DNA of 64,000 bases from an uncultured Solirubrobacteraceae bacterium (GCA_902806205.1 CADCVR010000102.1:17640-81639); one strand, 5' to 3'; counted from the stretch's first letter, positions 47,485 through 56,431 are shown. Notes: generated by a model from the letters alone, not told the origin. Numbers and translations: made by a program.

Positions 47485-48783
47485 ATGTCTTACGACGAAG
47501 TGGCAGCAGACCCCCTGAGCAACCCGGTCGGGGGCCCGGACCCTGACGACAACATCATCCACCTCTTCTGGCTCCAGGGCATGGGCTGCGACGGATGTAC
47601 CACGGCGCTGCTGGCGGCCAACCGTCCCTCCTTGGAGGAGATGGTGCTGGGAACCGTGCCTCGCATCCCGCGGATCATCCTGCACCACCCGATGCTCGAC
47701 GACGACTCCGGTCCCGATTTCATGAGCGCGTACCGGCAGGCCGTCGAGGGAACGCTGGGAGCGCCGTACGTCGTGGTGCTCGAGGGGTCGATCCCCGACG
47801 ATCAGAGCTTCCCGGGGGAGGGATACTTCGCGGCACTGGGTGTCGCCGCCGACGCCCCGCAGGGAATGCGCGCCACCGGGCGCCCGGACCAGCCGCTGCG
47901 CGTCAGCGACTGGGCGTGGGCGATGGCCCGCCGCGCAGAGGCCTGCTTCTCGATCGGCACGTGCGCCACCTGGGGCGGCATCCCGGCGGCCGCGGGCAAC
48001 ATCACCGGTTCCATGGGCTTCATGGACTACCTGGGCAGGGAGTATCGCTCGGCCCGGGGGTTGCCCGTCGTCAACGTTCCGGGGTGCGCTCCGATCGGCG
48101 ACAACTTCACCGAGACCCTGATGCAGGTGCTGTTGTATTTCGACGGGGCCGTGAAGCTGCCGGAGTTCGACGAACTCGGCCGTCCCGAGTGGATGTTCGC
48201 CGAGACGGTGCACCGGCACTGCATGAAGGCCGGGTACTACGAGGAGGGCGTGTTCGCCCACGAGCCCGGCGACAACGAGTGCCTCGTCGAGATCGGCTGC
48301 TGGGGTCCGGTGGTGCAGTGCAACATCACCGAGCGCGGCGCGATCAACCACACGGGTGGCTGCATGATCGCGGGCGGGGCGTGCATCGGCTGCACGATGC
48401 CCGGTTTCCCGGACAAGTACAGCCCGTTCTACAAGGCGCCTCCGGGCTCGGCGGTCTCGGGCACCGTCTCGCGGATCTACGGCGGTGGCATCCGCCGGCT
48501 GCGCCGCCTGTCGATGACGGCCGGCAACCACACGCCGATCTGGGACCGCGCTGACCACATCCCCTCCGCCTGGGGGATCGCCGCAGGCCAGAAGACGCCA
48601 GCCCAGAAGGTCAACGCGTACTTCTACAAGAAGTTGCAGTACAAGGGCACCGTCAACCACTCCGCGCGCAACAAGAAGCAGCCGCAGCCCGGGAGCCGTG
48701 ACATCCTCAAGCAGAAGGGCGTCGACATGAGCGCGAGCGTCCCCGTGCTGGGCGAACGGGTCGTCACCCGGGAGGAGCTGTGA
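47485..48783 (+). CDS. [NiFe]-hydrogenase small subunit, paralog 1 (group 1l-like, no Tat signal)
   Basis: CDGC, GTCATWGG, PGCAP proximal; HRHC...ECL...GC distal; QC...GGC...CIGC medial. Confidence 0.95.
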   Translation: MSYDEVAADPLSNPVGGPDPDDNIIHLFWLQGMGCDGCTTALLAANRPSLEEMVLGTVPRIPRIILHHPMLDDDSGPDFMSAYRQAVEGTLGAPYVVVLEGSIPDDQSFPGEGYFAALGVAADAPQGMRATGRPDQPLRVSDWAWAMARRAEACFSIGTCATWGGIPAAAGNITGSMGFMDYLGREYRSARGLPVVNVPGCAPIGDNFTETLMQVLLYFDGAVKLPEFDELGRPEWMFAETVHRHCMKAGYYEEGVFAHEPGDNECLVEIGCWGPVVQCNITERGAINHTGGCMIAGGACIGCTMPGFPDKYSPFYKAPPGSAVSGTVSRIYGGGIRRLRRLSMTAGNHTPIWDRADHIPSAWGIAAGQKTPAQKVNAYFYKKLQYKGTVNHSARNKKQPQPGSRDILKQKGVDMSASVPVLGERVVTREEL

Positions 48784-50477
48784 TGCACGCCGTGAGCCAG
48801 CAGGGCGCCGGTCAGCTGCGGCGCATCGACTTCGATCCCGTGGCCCGGGTGGCAGGTGGCCTCGCTCTGCGCACGGTGGTCGACACCGAGCGTTTCGAGG
48901 TCGTCGAGGCCAGCATGCTGGCCACGATGTACCGCGGCTACGAGGTGCTCCTCCGTGGCCGCGACCCGCGCGACGCGGTCTTCGTCTCCAGCCGCGCGTG
49001 CGGCGTCTGCGGCGGTGCGCACGCATGGACGTCCGCGCTGGCGTGCGAGATGGCCTACGGCTCTGCCCCGCCCGCCATGGGCATCGTGGCGCGCAACTGG
49101 CTCTCGGCGCTCGAGGATCTCTGCGACCTGCCGCACCACCTCTTCCAGCGCGCCGGCCCGGACTTCTCCGAGCCGCTCGTGCGCCAGACCAGTCCCGAGC
49201 TGTGGGCGCGTGCGCAACAGACCCCGGCAGCCAACGTCGCGACGCACGGGTACGGCCTGGTGTCGGAGATCATGACGGCGATGACGCCGTTCAGGGGCGG
49301 CCTCTACCGCAGGGCGCTGGAGCTGACGCGCGTCGCCAAAGAGGCCTACGGGCTCGTGGGTGGCAAGCATCCGCACCCCCAGACGACCACGCCCGCCGGG
49401 GTCAGTGCGCTGATCGACCCCTCCGACCGGAACCTGACGTTGCTGCGGATCGACAAGTTCCTGGACTACAGTCGCGAGGTGGCGGCGGTCTGGGACGATC
49501 TCGCCGATTTCTTCCTCACGGCCGATCCCCGCTACGCCGACGTGGGCGCCGGGCCGAAGAACTTCTTCGATTTCGGCCGGTGGGACGACCCGTTCGCCTA
49601 CGATGCCACGTTCGAGAACGCCCCGGTCTGGGGTGAGCGGCGCTGGTCGACTCCCGGCGTGATCGTCGACGGGCGATTGCGGACCACGAATCTCCACCAG
49701 ATCGACGGCGGCGTCGAGGAGTTCGTCGACCGCTCCTTCTACGAGGACTGGAGTGCCGACGGGGGCGTCTACGCCACGGACCCGGCGGGCAACAACGTGT
49801 CCGCCCGCCATCCCTGGAACAAGGAGACACTCCCGCAGCCGGGCGGCCCCAACCTCAACGGGCAGTACTCGTGGTCGACCGCGCCGCGCTGGGACCGCCT
49901 CGCGATGGAGACCGGTGCCGGCGCGCGCATGTGGATCACCGCGATGGCGCGCAAGCAGCCTCACTCACGGTTTGTCGAGTCGACGGGCCACAGCCTCGTC
50001 ATGCACATGCCCCAGGCCGCGCTGCCGGAGGCGACGCTCGAGTGGCTGGTGCCCGAGCGCTGGAATGCGTTCGAGCGCAATCGGGCGCGGGCGTACTCGC
50101 TCGTCCATTCGACGCTCGTCGCCTACGAGAACGTCTTGATCGGCTACGACCTCGCCCGCATCGGGGGCCCCGACGCCCGGACCTTCACCGAGTACGAGAT
50201 CCCCAAGGGCGGCGTCGTCGGCGTGGGCTACTGGGGCGGCCCCCGCGGTGCCATCAGCCATCACATGGAGATCGACAACCGCGTGATCCGCAACTACCAG
50301 ATCCTCGCCGGCTCCACGTTCAACGCCTCGCCGATGGACCCGTTCGGCACTCCCGGACCGTGCGAGGCGGCGGTGATGGGCACGCCGCTTCTCAGTACGC
50401 GGCAGCCCGAGCGGTACCTCGACGCGATGCGTGCCGTCCGCAGCTTCGATCCCTGCATGTCCTGCGCGACGCACTGA
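48783..50477 (+). CDS. [NiFe]-hydrogenase large subunit, paralog 1, lacking C-terminal extension
   Basis: L1 RACGVCGGAH, GPRG canopy Arg, L2 FDPCMSCATH followed directly by TGA. Confidence 0.95.
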   Translation: MHAVSQQGAGQLRRIDFDPVARVAGGLALRTVVDTERFEVVEASMLATMYRGYEVLLRGRDPRDAVFVSSRACGVCGGAHAWTSALACEMAYGSAPPAMGIVARNWLSALEDLCDLPHHLFQRAGPDFSEPLVRQTSPELWARAQQTPAANVATHGYGLVSEIMTAMTPFRGGLYRRALELTRVAKEAYGLVGGKHPHPQTTTPAGVSALIDPSDRNLTLLRIDKFLDYSREVAAVWDDLADFFLTADPRYADVGAGPKNFFDFGRWDDPFAYDATFENAPVWGERRWSTPGVIVDGRLRTTNLHQIDGGVEEFVDRSFYEDWSADGGVYATDPAGNNVSARHPWNKETLPQPGGPNLNGQYSWSTAPRWDRLAMETGAGARMWITAMARKQPHSRFVESTGHSLVMHMPQAALPEATLEWLVPERWNAFERNRARAYSLVHSTLVAYENVLIGYDLARIGGPDARTFTEYEIPKGGVVGVGYWGGPRGAISHHMEIDNRVIRNYQILAGSTFNASPMDPFGTPGPCEAAVMGTPLLSTRQPERYLDAMRAVRSFDPCMSCATH

Positions 50478-50491
50478 GGCGGGCCAAGCGG

Positions 50492-50517
50492 CGACGGGTG
50501 ACCGCGGTCACCCGTCG
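50492..50517. terminator. Perfect 26-bp palindrome between convergent genes
   Basis: CGACGGGTGACCGCGGTCACCCGTCG equals its own reverse complement. Confidence 0.6.
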
Positions 50518-51095
50518 GCCTCGGGTACGGCCTCTTCGGGAAGCGCCTCCTCGCAGGCCCGGACGAAGAAGCCGTACAGCCAAGGCCGCTTGAGCTCGGC
50601 GGGGTCCCCCTCGACGGGGCCCTCGAGCTCGCGGAGGTAGTCCTCGATCGTGCGTCGCGCCAGGAAGTGGCGCACGTGGCCGCCGGGGCCCGGGACACGC
50701 CAGCTCTTCGCGAGCTCGTCGTCGGGACTCGGCTTGCCGAGCGGCTCCGACCGGGCTATGTCGCCGCACGCCTCCGCGATGGCTTGCGGCCAGTTCCCTG
50801 CCCTCGCGTGGTACTCGCGCAGCATCTCCGGGATCCAGTCAGCGGGCCGGCGGGCGGGCTCGAAGTACTCCGCCTCGACGAGGCGGCTCAGGTATCCGGC
50901 CTGGCGCAGGCGGTTGTCCAGATCGAACGGATTGTCGCCGGCGAGCGTCTGGTCGCGCGTCTCCAGCACCTCGGCGATGAATCCGGGTGGTCGCTCGCCG
51001 CGCCGCTCCTCGACGCGCGCGAAGACGGCTTCGACCAGCGTCTGCATGACCAGCCCGGTGTCGACGGGAAGCAGCCCGCCGGGTTCGCTCATCAT
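50508..51095 (-). CDS. Hypothetical helical protein between the two hydrogenase pairs
   Basis: 195-aa ORF with typical codon style; no family recognised. Confidence 0.75.
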   Translation of the reverse strand: MMSEPGGLLPVDTGLVMQTLVEAVFARVEERRGERPPGFIAEVLETRDQTLAGDNPFDLDNRLRQAGYLSRLVEAEYFEPARRPADWIPEMLREYHARAGNWPQAIAEACGDIARSEPLGKPSPDDELAKSWRVPGPGGHVRHFLARRTIEDYLRELEGPVEGDPAELKRPWLYGFFVRACEEALPEEAVPEADG

Positions 51096-51183
51096 CGTTC
51101 GAAATCCCCATCTGCGCGAGTGAGTGCGCGACCGCGGCGCTACCTTAAGTCTTGCGCCAAGTTCACAGCACCGGAAGGTCCTA

Positions 51184-51200
51184 TGTGTAGTATGCACACA
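51184..51200. promoter_or_regulatory. Candidate operator motif, copy 3 (TGTGTAGTATGCACACA)
   Basis: TGTGT-N7-ACACA palindrome 31 bp upstream of hydrogenase pair 2. Confidence 0.45.
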
Positions 51201-51231
51201 GCGCAGTCAACGCTGGGAGGAGAGCAAGTCT

Positions 51232-52581
51232 ATGGCCCCTGTTAGGGATGCCCGCGGGAACGAGATGCGTCTGCAGACGGTGCCGCACGGCGGCGGCGTC
51301 TTCGGAGCTAACCGACAGCCCGGTCTGGGCGGTCACGGAGGAAGCCCGAACGGACCGCTGAACGAGGTTCACGTCTTCTGGATCGCCGGCATGAGCTGCG
51401 ACGGCTGCACGATCGCCGCAAGCGGTGCCACCAACCCCTCGGTCGAGGACCTGCTGCTCGGCCGCATCCCCAACCTGCCGAAGGTGATCCTGCATCACCC
51501 CGTGCTCTCCCCGGGAGCCGGCACGGAGTTCATCCGGCCCTTCAAGCAGGCCGTCAACGGCGAGCTCGGAGCGCCCTACGTCGTGGTGCTGGAGGGCTCC
51601 GTCCCCGACGACCAGGCCTTCCCGTCCGACATCGGCTACTTCTCGGCGATGGGCGCGGGCGGCTTCGACCCCGAGTCCGAGACCGATCAGCCCAACCGCG
51701 TGACGGACTGGCTGTGGAAGCTCGCACCCGGAGCCGCCGCATACGTCGCCATCGGCACGTGCGCGACATGGGGCGGGATCCCGGCCGCCGCGGGCAACAT
51801 CACCGGCTCGATGAGCCTGACGGACTACTTGGGCCAGGACTACCGCTCCGCCCTGGGCGTGCCGGTCGTCAACGTTCCGGGCTGCGCACCCGTCGGCGAC
51901 AACTTCACCGAGACGGTCGCGGCCGTGCTCATGTTCCTGCAGAACCTCGCGCCGGTGCCGAAGTTCGACGAGTTGGGCCGTCCGGCGTGGCTCTTCGGCG
52001 AGACCGTGCACCGTCACTGCCCCAAGGCGGGCTACTATGAGGAGGGCGTCTTCGCCGAGGAGTTCGGCGACAACGAGTGCCTCGTGGAGATCGGCTGCTG
52101 GGGCCCGGTGGTGCAGTGCAACATCACCGAGCGCGGCGCGATCAACCACATGGGTGGCTGCATGGTCGCGGGTGGCCCCTGCATCGGCTGCACCATGCCC
52201 GGCTTCCCGGACAAGTACAGCCCGTTTCTGAAGGCGCCCCCAGGCTCCTCTATCTCCGGGGGGATCTCCAAGGTCACCGGTGGCGGGATCCGGCGCCTGC
52301 GTCGCCTGTCGATGAAGAAGGGCAACCGCACCGGAGTCTGGGACAACGCCCACGAGGTGCCGTCCGGCTGGGGCCGTGCGCACGGAGACAAGGGCCCGGT
52401 CGACAAGGCCAACGGGTTCTTCTACGAGAAGCTGCAGTACCGCGGCTCGGTCAACCACGCCAAGCGCAACAAGAGGCAGCCGCTGCCCCAGAGCCGCGAT
52501 ATCCTGAGACAGAAGGGCGTTGACCTCACCGCGAGCGTCGATGTACTTGGCGAACGGGTCAAGACCCGGGAGGAGCTGTAA
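51232..52581 (+). CDS. hylS: [NiFe]-hydrogenase small subunit, group 1l-type
   Basis: AGMSCDGC; full Cys/His set for three Fe-S clusters; GGGAGGAG RBS; no twin-Arg signal. Confidence 0.9.
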   Translation: MAPVRDARGNEMRLQTVPHGGGVFGANRQPGLGGHGGSPNGPLNEVHVFWIAGMSCDGCTIAASGATNPSVEDLLLGRIPNLPKVILHHPVLSPGAGTEFIRPFKQAVNGELGAPYVVVLEGSVPDDQAFPSDIGYFSAMGAGGFDPESETDQPNRVTDWLWKLAPGAAAYVAIGTCATWGGIPAAAGNITGSMSLTDYLGQDYRSALGVPVVNVPGCAPVGDNFTETVAAVLMFLQNLAPVPKFDELGRPAWLFGETVHRHCPKAGYYEEGVFAEEFGDNECLVEIGCWGPVVQCNITERGAINHMGGCMVAGGPCIGCTMPGFPDKYSPFLKAPPGSSISGGISKVTGGGIRRLRRLSMKKGNRTGVWDNAHEVPSGWGRAHGDKGPVDKANGFFYEKLQYRGSVNHAKRNKRQPLPQSRDILRQKGVDLTASVDVLGERVKTREEL

Positions 52582-52584
52582 ACC

Positions 52585-54504
52585 ATGTGCTTCAAGAATC
52601 TGCCGATCGAGTTCGATTCGCAGGGCAACGCGACGCTGAAGCAGGGCGTCGCAAACCCCTACACCTACACCGAGACGCCGGCGCCCACGCCCATCGAGGA
52701 CGATCCGGAGCGGATGCGGGAGCTGTTTGCGCGCAACGGTGCGATCCGGCGCGTCGACTTCGACCCGGTGACCCGCGTCGCGGGAGCGCTCGCCTTCCAC
52801 ACGGTGGTCGATCTCGACAGTCGTGAGGTGCTCGAGACCGCCTCGATGGCGACCCTGTTCCGTGGCTACGAGGTCATCCTCCAGGGCCGTGATCCGCGCG
52901 ATGCGATCAACATCTCCAGCCGGGCCTGCGGCGTGTGCGGCGGCGTGCACGCCACGACGTCCGCCCTGGCGTGCGAGATGGCCTTCGGCATCTCGCCGCC
53001 GCCGATGGGCGTCGTGGCGCGCAACCTGCTGCTCTCGACGGAGTACCTCTACGACCATCCGATCCACTTGTCGCTGCTCGCCGGTCCGGACTTCTCCGAG
53101 GAGGCGGTGCGCGAGACCAACCCGGAGATCTGGACGCGCGCCGAGAACACGCGCACTCAGGGCCGTGAGGTGCACGGCTATGAGTTCATGTCGGAGCTGA
53201 TGACCGACCTGACGCCGCTGACCGGCAAGCTGTACCTCGAGGGCCTGTACTACACGCGTCTCGCGCGCGAGGCGTACGTGCTCATCGGCGGCAAGTACCC
53301 TCACCCGCACACGGTCGTGCCCGGCGGCGTCAGCACGACGATCGACCCCTCCGACCTCAACGAGATCATGCTGCGGGTGGTCAAGTACTTCGACTACGGC
53401 CGCAAGACCGTGGCCATCTGGAACGACATCGCGGAGTTCTTCTACGACGTCAACCCGAAGTACAAGGACATCGGGACCCGTCCGAAGAACATGGTCGAGC
53501 CCGGCCAGTGGGACGATCCGTTCGCCTACGACGCCAGCTATGAGAACTGCGACGACTGGGGCCGCCGGCGCTGGGCGACCCCCGGCGTGCTCGTCGACGG
53601 AGAGCTCGTCACCACGAGCCTGCAGATGGTCAACGCGGGCGTCGAGGAGTTCGTCGAGCACGCCTTCTACGAGGAGTGGACCGGCAACGGCTCCGGCAAC
53701 GAGTACTACAAGTTCCCGACCGATCCGGCCGGCAACCCGTTGTCGCCGTACCACCCGTGGAACAAGGAGACGATCCCCAAGCCGACCGCGACCAGCTGGA
53801 AGGAGAAGTACTCCTGGTCGACGGCCCCTCGCTGGGATCGCATGGCGATGGAGACGGGGGCCTACTCGCGGATCTGGACGGCGGCGATGACGCCGAACTA
53901 CCGTCAGAGCAACTACATCGAGCCCACCGGGCACAGCCTCAAGATCCACCTGCCCAAGGCCTCGCTGCCCAACACCGAGATCGAGTGGAAGATTCCCGAG
54001 GTCTGGGGTGCCTTCGAGCGCAATCGCGCGCGCGCCTACTGCATCCTGTACACGGCGGCCATCGCGTACGACAACCTCCTGCTGGCCTACGACCTGCTGC
54101 GCAAGGGCGGGCCGGACGCCAAGATGTCGACGCCGTTCAAGGTGCCGAAGGATCACCGCATCGGCGTCGGGTTGTGGAGCGCCGGCCGCGGCTATCTGAC
54201 CCATCACATGGAGATCGACAAGGGCGTCATCAAGAACTACCAGATCCTGACCCCCTCGACGTGGATGGCGTCGCCGAAGGACCCCTTCGGCAACCCGGGG
54301 CCCTACGAGGAGGCGGTCATGGCCACGCCGCTGCTGGAGAACTACGAGAAGCCCGAGGACTTCAAGGGCATCGACGTGCTCCGGGCGATCCGCAGCTTCG
54401 ACCCGTGCATGCCGTGCACCACGCACATCCACTCCGACGACCGGACGATCACCCGCGAGATCATCAGCTGCGCATGCGGCGCGACCGGAGACCATGAGCA
54501 CTAG
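52585..54504 (+). CDS. hylL: [NiFe]-hydrogenase large subunit, group 1l-type, with 25-aa cleavable extension
   Basis: MCFKNLPIEFD N-terminus, L1 RACGVCGGVH, L2 FDPCMPCTTH plus IHSDDRTITREIISCACGATGDHEH. Confidence 0.9.
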   Translation: MCFKNLPIEFDSQGNATLKQGVANPYTYTETPAPTPIEDDPERMRELFARNGAIRRVDFDPVTRVAGALAFHTVVDLDSREVLETASMATLFRGYEVILQGRDPRDAINISSRACGVCGGVHATTSALACEMAFGISPPPMGVVARNLLLSTEYLYDHPIHLSLLAGPDFSEEAVRETNPEIWTRAENTRTQGREVHGYEFMSELMTDLTPLTGKLYLEGLYYTRLAREAYVLIGGKYPHPHTVVPGGVSTTIDPSDLNEIMLRVVKYFDYGRKTVAIWNDIAEFFYDVNPKYKDIGTRPKNMVEPGQWDDPFAYDASYENCDDWGRRRWATPGVLVDGELVTTSLQMVNAGVEEFVEHAFYEEWTGNGSGNEYYKFPTDPAGNPLSPYHPWNKETIPKPTATSWKEKYSWSTAPRWDRMAMETGAYSRIWTAAMTPNYRQSNYIEPTGHSLKIHLPKASLPNTEIEWKIPEVWGAFERNRARAYCILYTAAIAYDNLLLAYDLLRKGGPDAKMSTPFKVPKDHRIGVGLWSAGRGYLTHHMEIDKGVIKNYQILTPSTWMASPKDPFGNPGPYEEAVMATPLLENYEKPEDFKGIDVLRAIRSFDPCMPCTTHIHSDDRTITREIISCACGATGDHEH

Positions 54505-54543
54505 GACGTCCGCGGGCACGCGCACCGGAGGCCGATAGCCCCA

Positions 54544-55017
54544 GTGCGCGTGCTCGTCTGCGGGGTCGGCTACCGGTTTCTGCGCGACGGGGCGCTCGGT
54601 CCCTACATGTCAGACACCCTGTCGGCGCGTGCCACCGAGCGGGTGGAGGTCGAGGACCTCGGCTACCACCCGGTCGGTTTCACGCAGAACTTGCAGGAGC
54701 GGCCGGACTACGATCGGATCGTGTTCGTGGCCGCGGTCGATCGCGGTCGCGCGCCCGGGACGATCAAGGCGTATCGCTATGATCATTGCCTGCCCTCCTC
54801 CAAAGAGGTCCAAGAGCGTGTCGGCGACTCCGTGACAGGTTCGATCTCGCTGGACAACCTGCTGATCGTCTCTGAGGCGTTCAAGGCGCTGCCCGACGAC
54901 GTCTGGGTCGTGGAGGTCGAGCCGGCCGACGAGACCTGGGGCGAGGGGTTCAGTCCCATCGTCGAGGCGAAGCTGCCGGAGATCACGGAGACCATATGGA
55001 ATTTGACCAAGCCGTAG
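54544..55017 (+). CDS. Hydrogenase maturation protease-like protein, degenerate metal site
   Basis: VLVCGVGYRFLRDGALG, IVFVAAVDRGRAPG, WGEGFSP; HybD/HycI-fold pattern with substitutions. Confidence 0.8.
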   Translation: MRVLVCGVGYRFLRDGALGPYMSDTLSARATERVEVEDLGYHPVGFTQNLQERPDYDRIVFVAAVDRGRAPGTIKAYRYDHCLPSSKEVQERVGDSVTGSISLDNLLIVSEAFKALPDDVWVVEVEPADETWGEGFSPIVEAKLPEITETIWNLTKP

Positions 55018-55943
55018 CTGAATTGGACACCCTCGTCGGGACCCTCGAACGGGAGGGCGACACGCGGGCGCTGATGCTGCTCGATCTGATGGACGCCGTG
55101 CACCGGCCCGCGCTCGAGCTGATCGTGGCCGGCGACTCCCGCCACCCCGTGGCGCACGCCCTGCTCTCCATGTACGACCTCGCGCCGCTCGACGAGTACG
55201 TGCAGGTCGAGGAGGCGCTCGACGAGATCCGCCCCTACATCGAGTCGCACGGCGGCGGCCTGGACCTGCTCGATGTCGAGGCGGACGAGGGCATCGTCCA
55301 CGTACGCCTGCACGGCTCGTGCCACGGATGCGCGGGCTCGGCGATCACCCTGCGGCGCGGCGTGGAGGAGAAGCTTCGCGAGCGTCTGGACTGGTTCACC
55401 GGGGTCGTCGCCCACGAGGACGACGACGCCGCCGAGACGGCGGAGGGACCGGAGGACGGCATCGCCGCCAAGCTGCTGAAGATCGAGCACTTCAACAGCG
55501 ACATCAAGGCTGCAGGACCCCTTTTGCCGAGTGCTCCCGTCGGCGCGGCCGGTCAGCCGGCCGACCCTTCCGGCGGCACCCTGCTGCAGATCGAGGGCAT
55601 CCGTCGAGAGAAGGTCGGCAGGCCGGTGTTCGTCGAGGCCGGCGCGCTCGCCGACCTGCCGCCGGGCGGGTCGAAGGCCGTCGACGTCGACGGGAACTCG
55701 ATCCTCATCATCAACGTCGACGGCGAGCCGTACGCGTTTCGGAACGTCTGCCCCGTCGACGGGCGGTCGGAGCTCTACGGCGGACACGTCACGGGCTCCG
55801 TCATCGTCTGTCCGTGGCACAACTGCGCCTACGACGCGCGCTCCGGCAAGCGCGTGGACGACCAGCCCCAGGAACCCGCGCTGGCGGTGGTGCCGATCGC
55901 GGTCCACGACGGCATGCTGCAGGTGGCGGCGAACGTCGCGTGA
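54996..55943 (+). CDS. NifU-like plus Rieske-like Fe-S protein (HhyE/HucE-like)
   Basis: IRPYIESHGG...GSCHGC NifU motif; CPV...CPWH Rieske-like motif. Confidence 0.85.
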   Translation: MEFDQAVAELDTLVGTLEREGDTRALMLLDLMDAVHRPALELIVAGDSRHPVAHALLSMYDLAPLDEYVQVEEALDEIRPYIESHGGGLDLLDVEADEGIVHVRLHGSCHGCAGSAITLRRGVEEKLRERLDWFTGVVAHEDDDAAETAEGPEDGIAAKLLKIEHFNSDIKAAGPLLPSAPVGAAGQPADPSGGTLLQIEGIRREKVGRPVFVEAGALADLPPGGSKAVDVDGNSILIINVDGEPYAFRNVCPVDGRSELYGGHVTGSVIVCPWHNCAYDARSGKRVDDQPQEPALAVVPIAVHDGMLQVAANVA

Positions 55944-56431
55944 GCACCGCGATCCCCTCCGAGGCGCCGGGCGTCCGCGCCCGGCGCGTGCTCGTCGCGG
56001 GCGTCGGGAACGTTCTTCGAGGCGACGACGGGTTCGGGCCGGCGGTGACCGAAATGCTCGGTGACCTCCCCGAGGGCGCAGACGTCGTGGAGACGGGGAT
56101 CGGTGGCATCGCCCTTCTGCAGGAGTTGATGCGGGGCTACGACGGCCTGATCCTGATCGACGCGGTCGAGCGTGGCGCCGACCCGGGAACCGTCTTTCTC
56201 ATAGAACCGGAGGTCGACATGGGTGTCCACGTCCCGGACATCCACCTCGCCAACCCGCACCGTGTGCTGTCGATGGCCAAGACAATGGGGGTGCTGCCCG
56301 CCCGGGTGGTGATCGTCGGCTGTCAGCCGCTGGACGTCGAGGAGATGTGCCAGGGGCTCTCCCCGCCGGTGCAGCGTGCTCTCGCCCCCGCCGTTACCAG
56401 GATTCAGGAGATCGTCGATGAATGGCTTTGA
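55940..56431 (+). CDS. Hydrogenase maturation endopeptidase (HybD/HupD family), intact
   Basis: GVGNVLRGDDGFG, LIDAV, DIHLANP. Confidence 0.92.
   Translation: MSTAIPSEAPGVRARRVLVAGVGNVLRGDDGFGPAVTEMLGDLPEGADVVETGIGGIALLQELMRGYDGLILIDAVERGADPGTVFLIEPEVDMGVHVPDIHLANPHRVLSMAKTMGVLPARVVIVGCQPLDVEEMCQGLSPPVQRALAPAVTRIQEIVDEWL

Noticed and set aside
50475-50477. TGA ending large subunit 1 as selenocysteine or readthrough
   Set aside because: Sec in [NiFeSe] enzymes replaces the first L2 Cys, which is TGC here. The TGA follows the His, and the downstream codons show no similarity to the paralog's extension.
47485-54504. Assignment to group 1h (HhySL)
   Set aside because: Proximal motif is CDGC rather than CDGD, L2 is not DPCLPCGVH, and I saw no hhaABC-type genes; group 1l fits better, pending HydDB.
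51181-54525. 1114-aa minus-strand ORF, and similar long antisense ORFs (4054-6003, 9295-11418, 12241-14184, 27189-29090, 41758-43647)
   Set aside because: Antisense shadows of real genes caused by high-GC codon bias; no motifs or RBS of their own.
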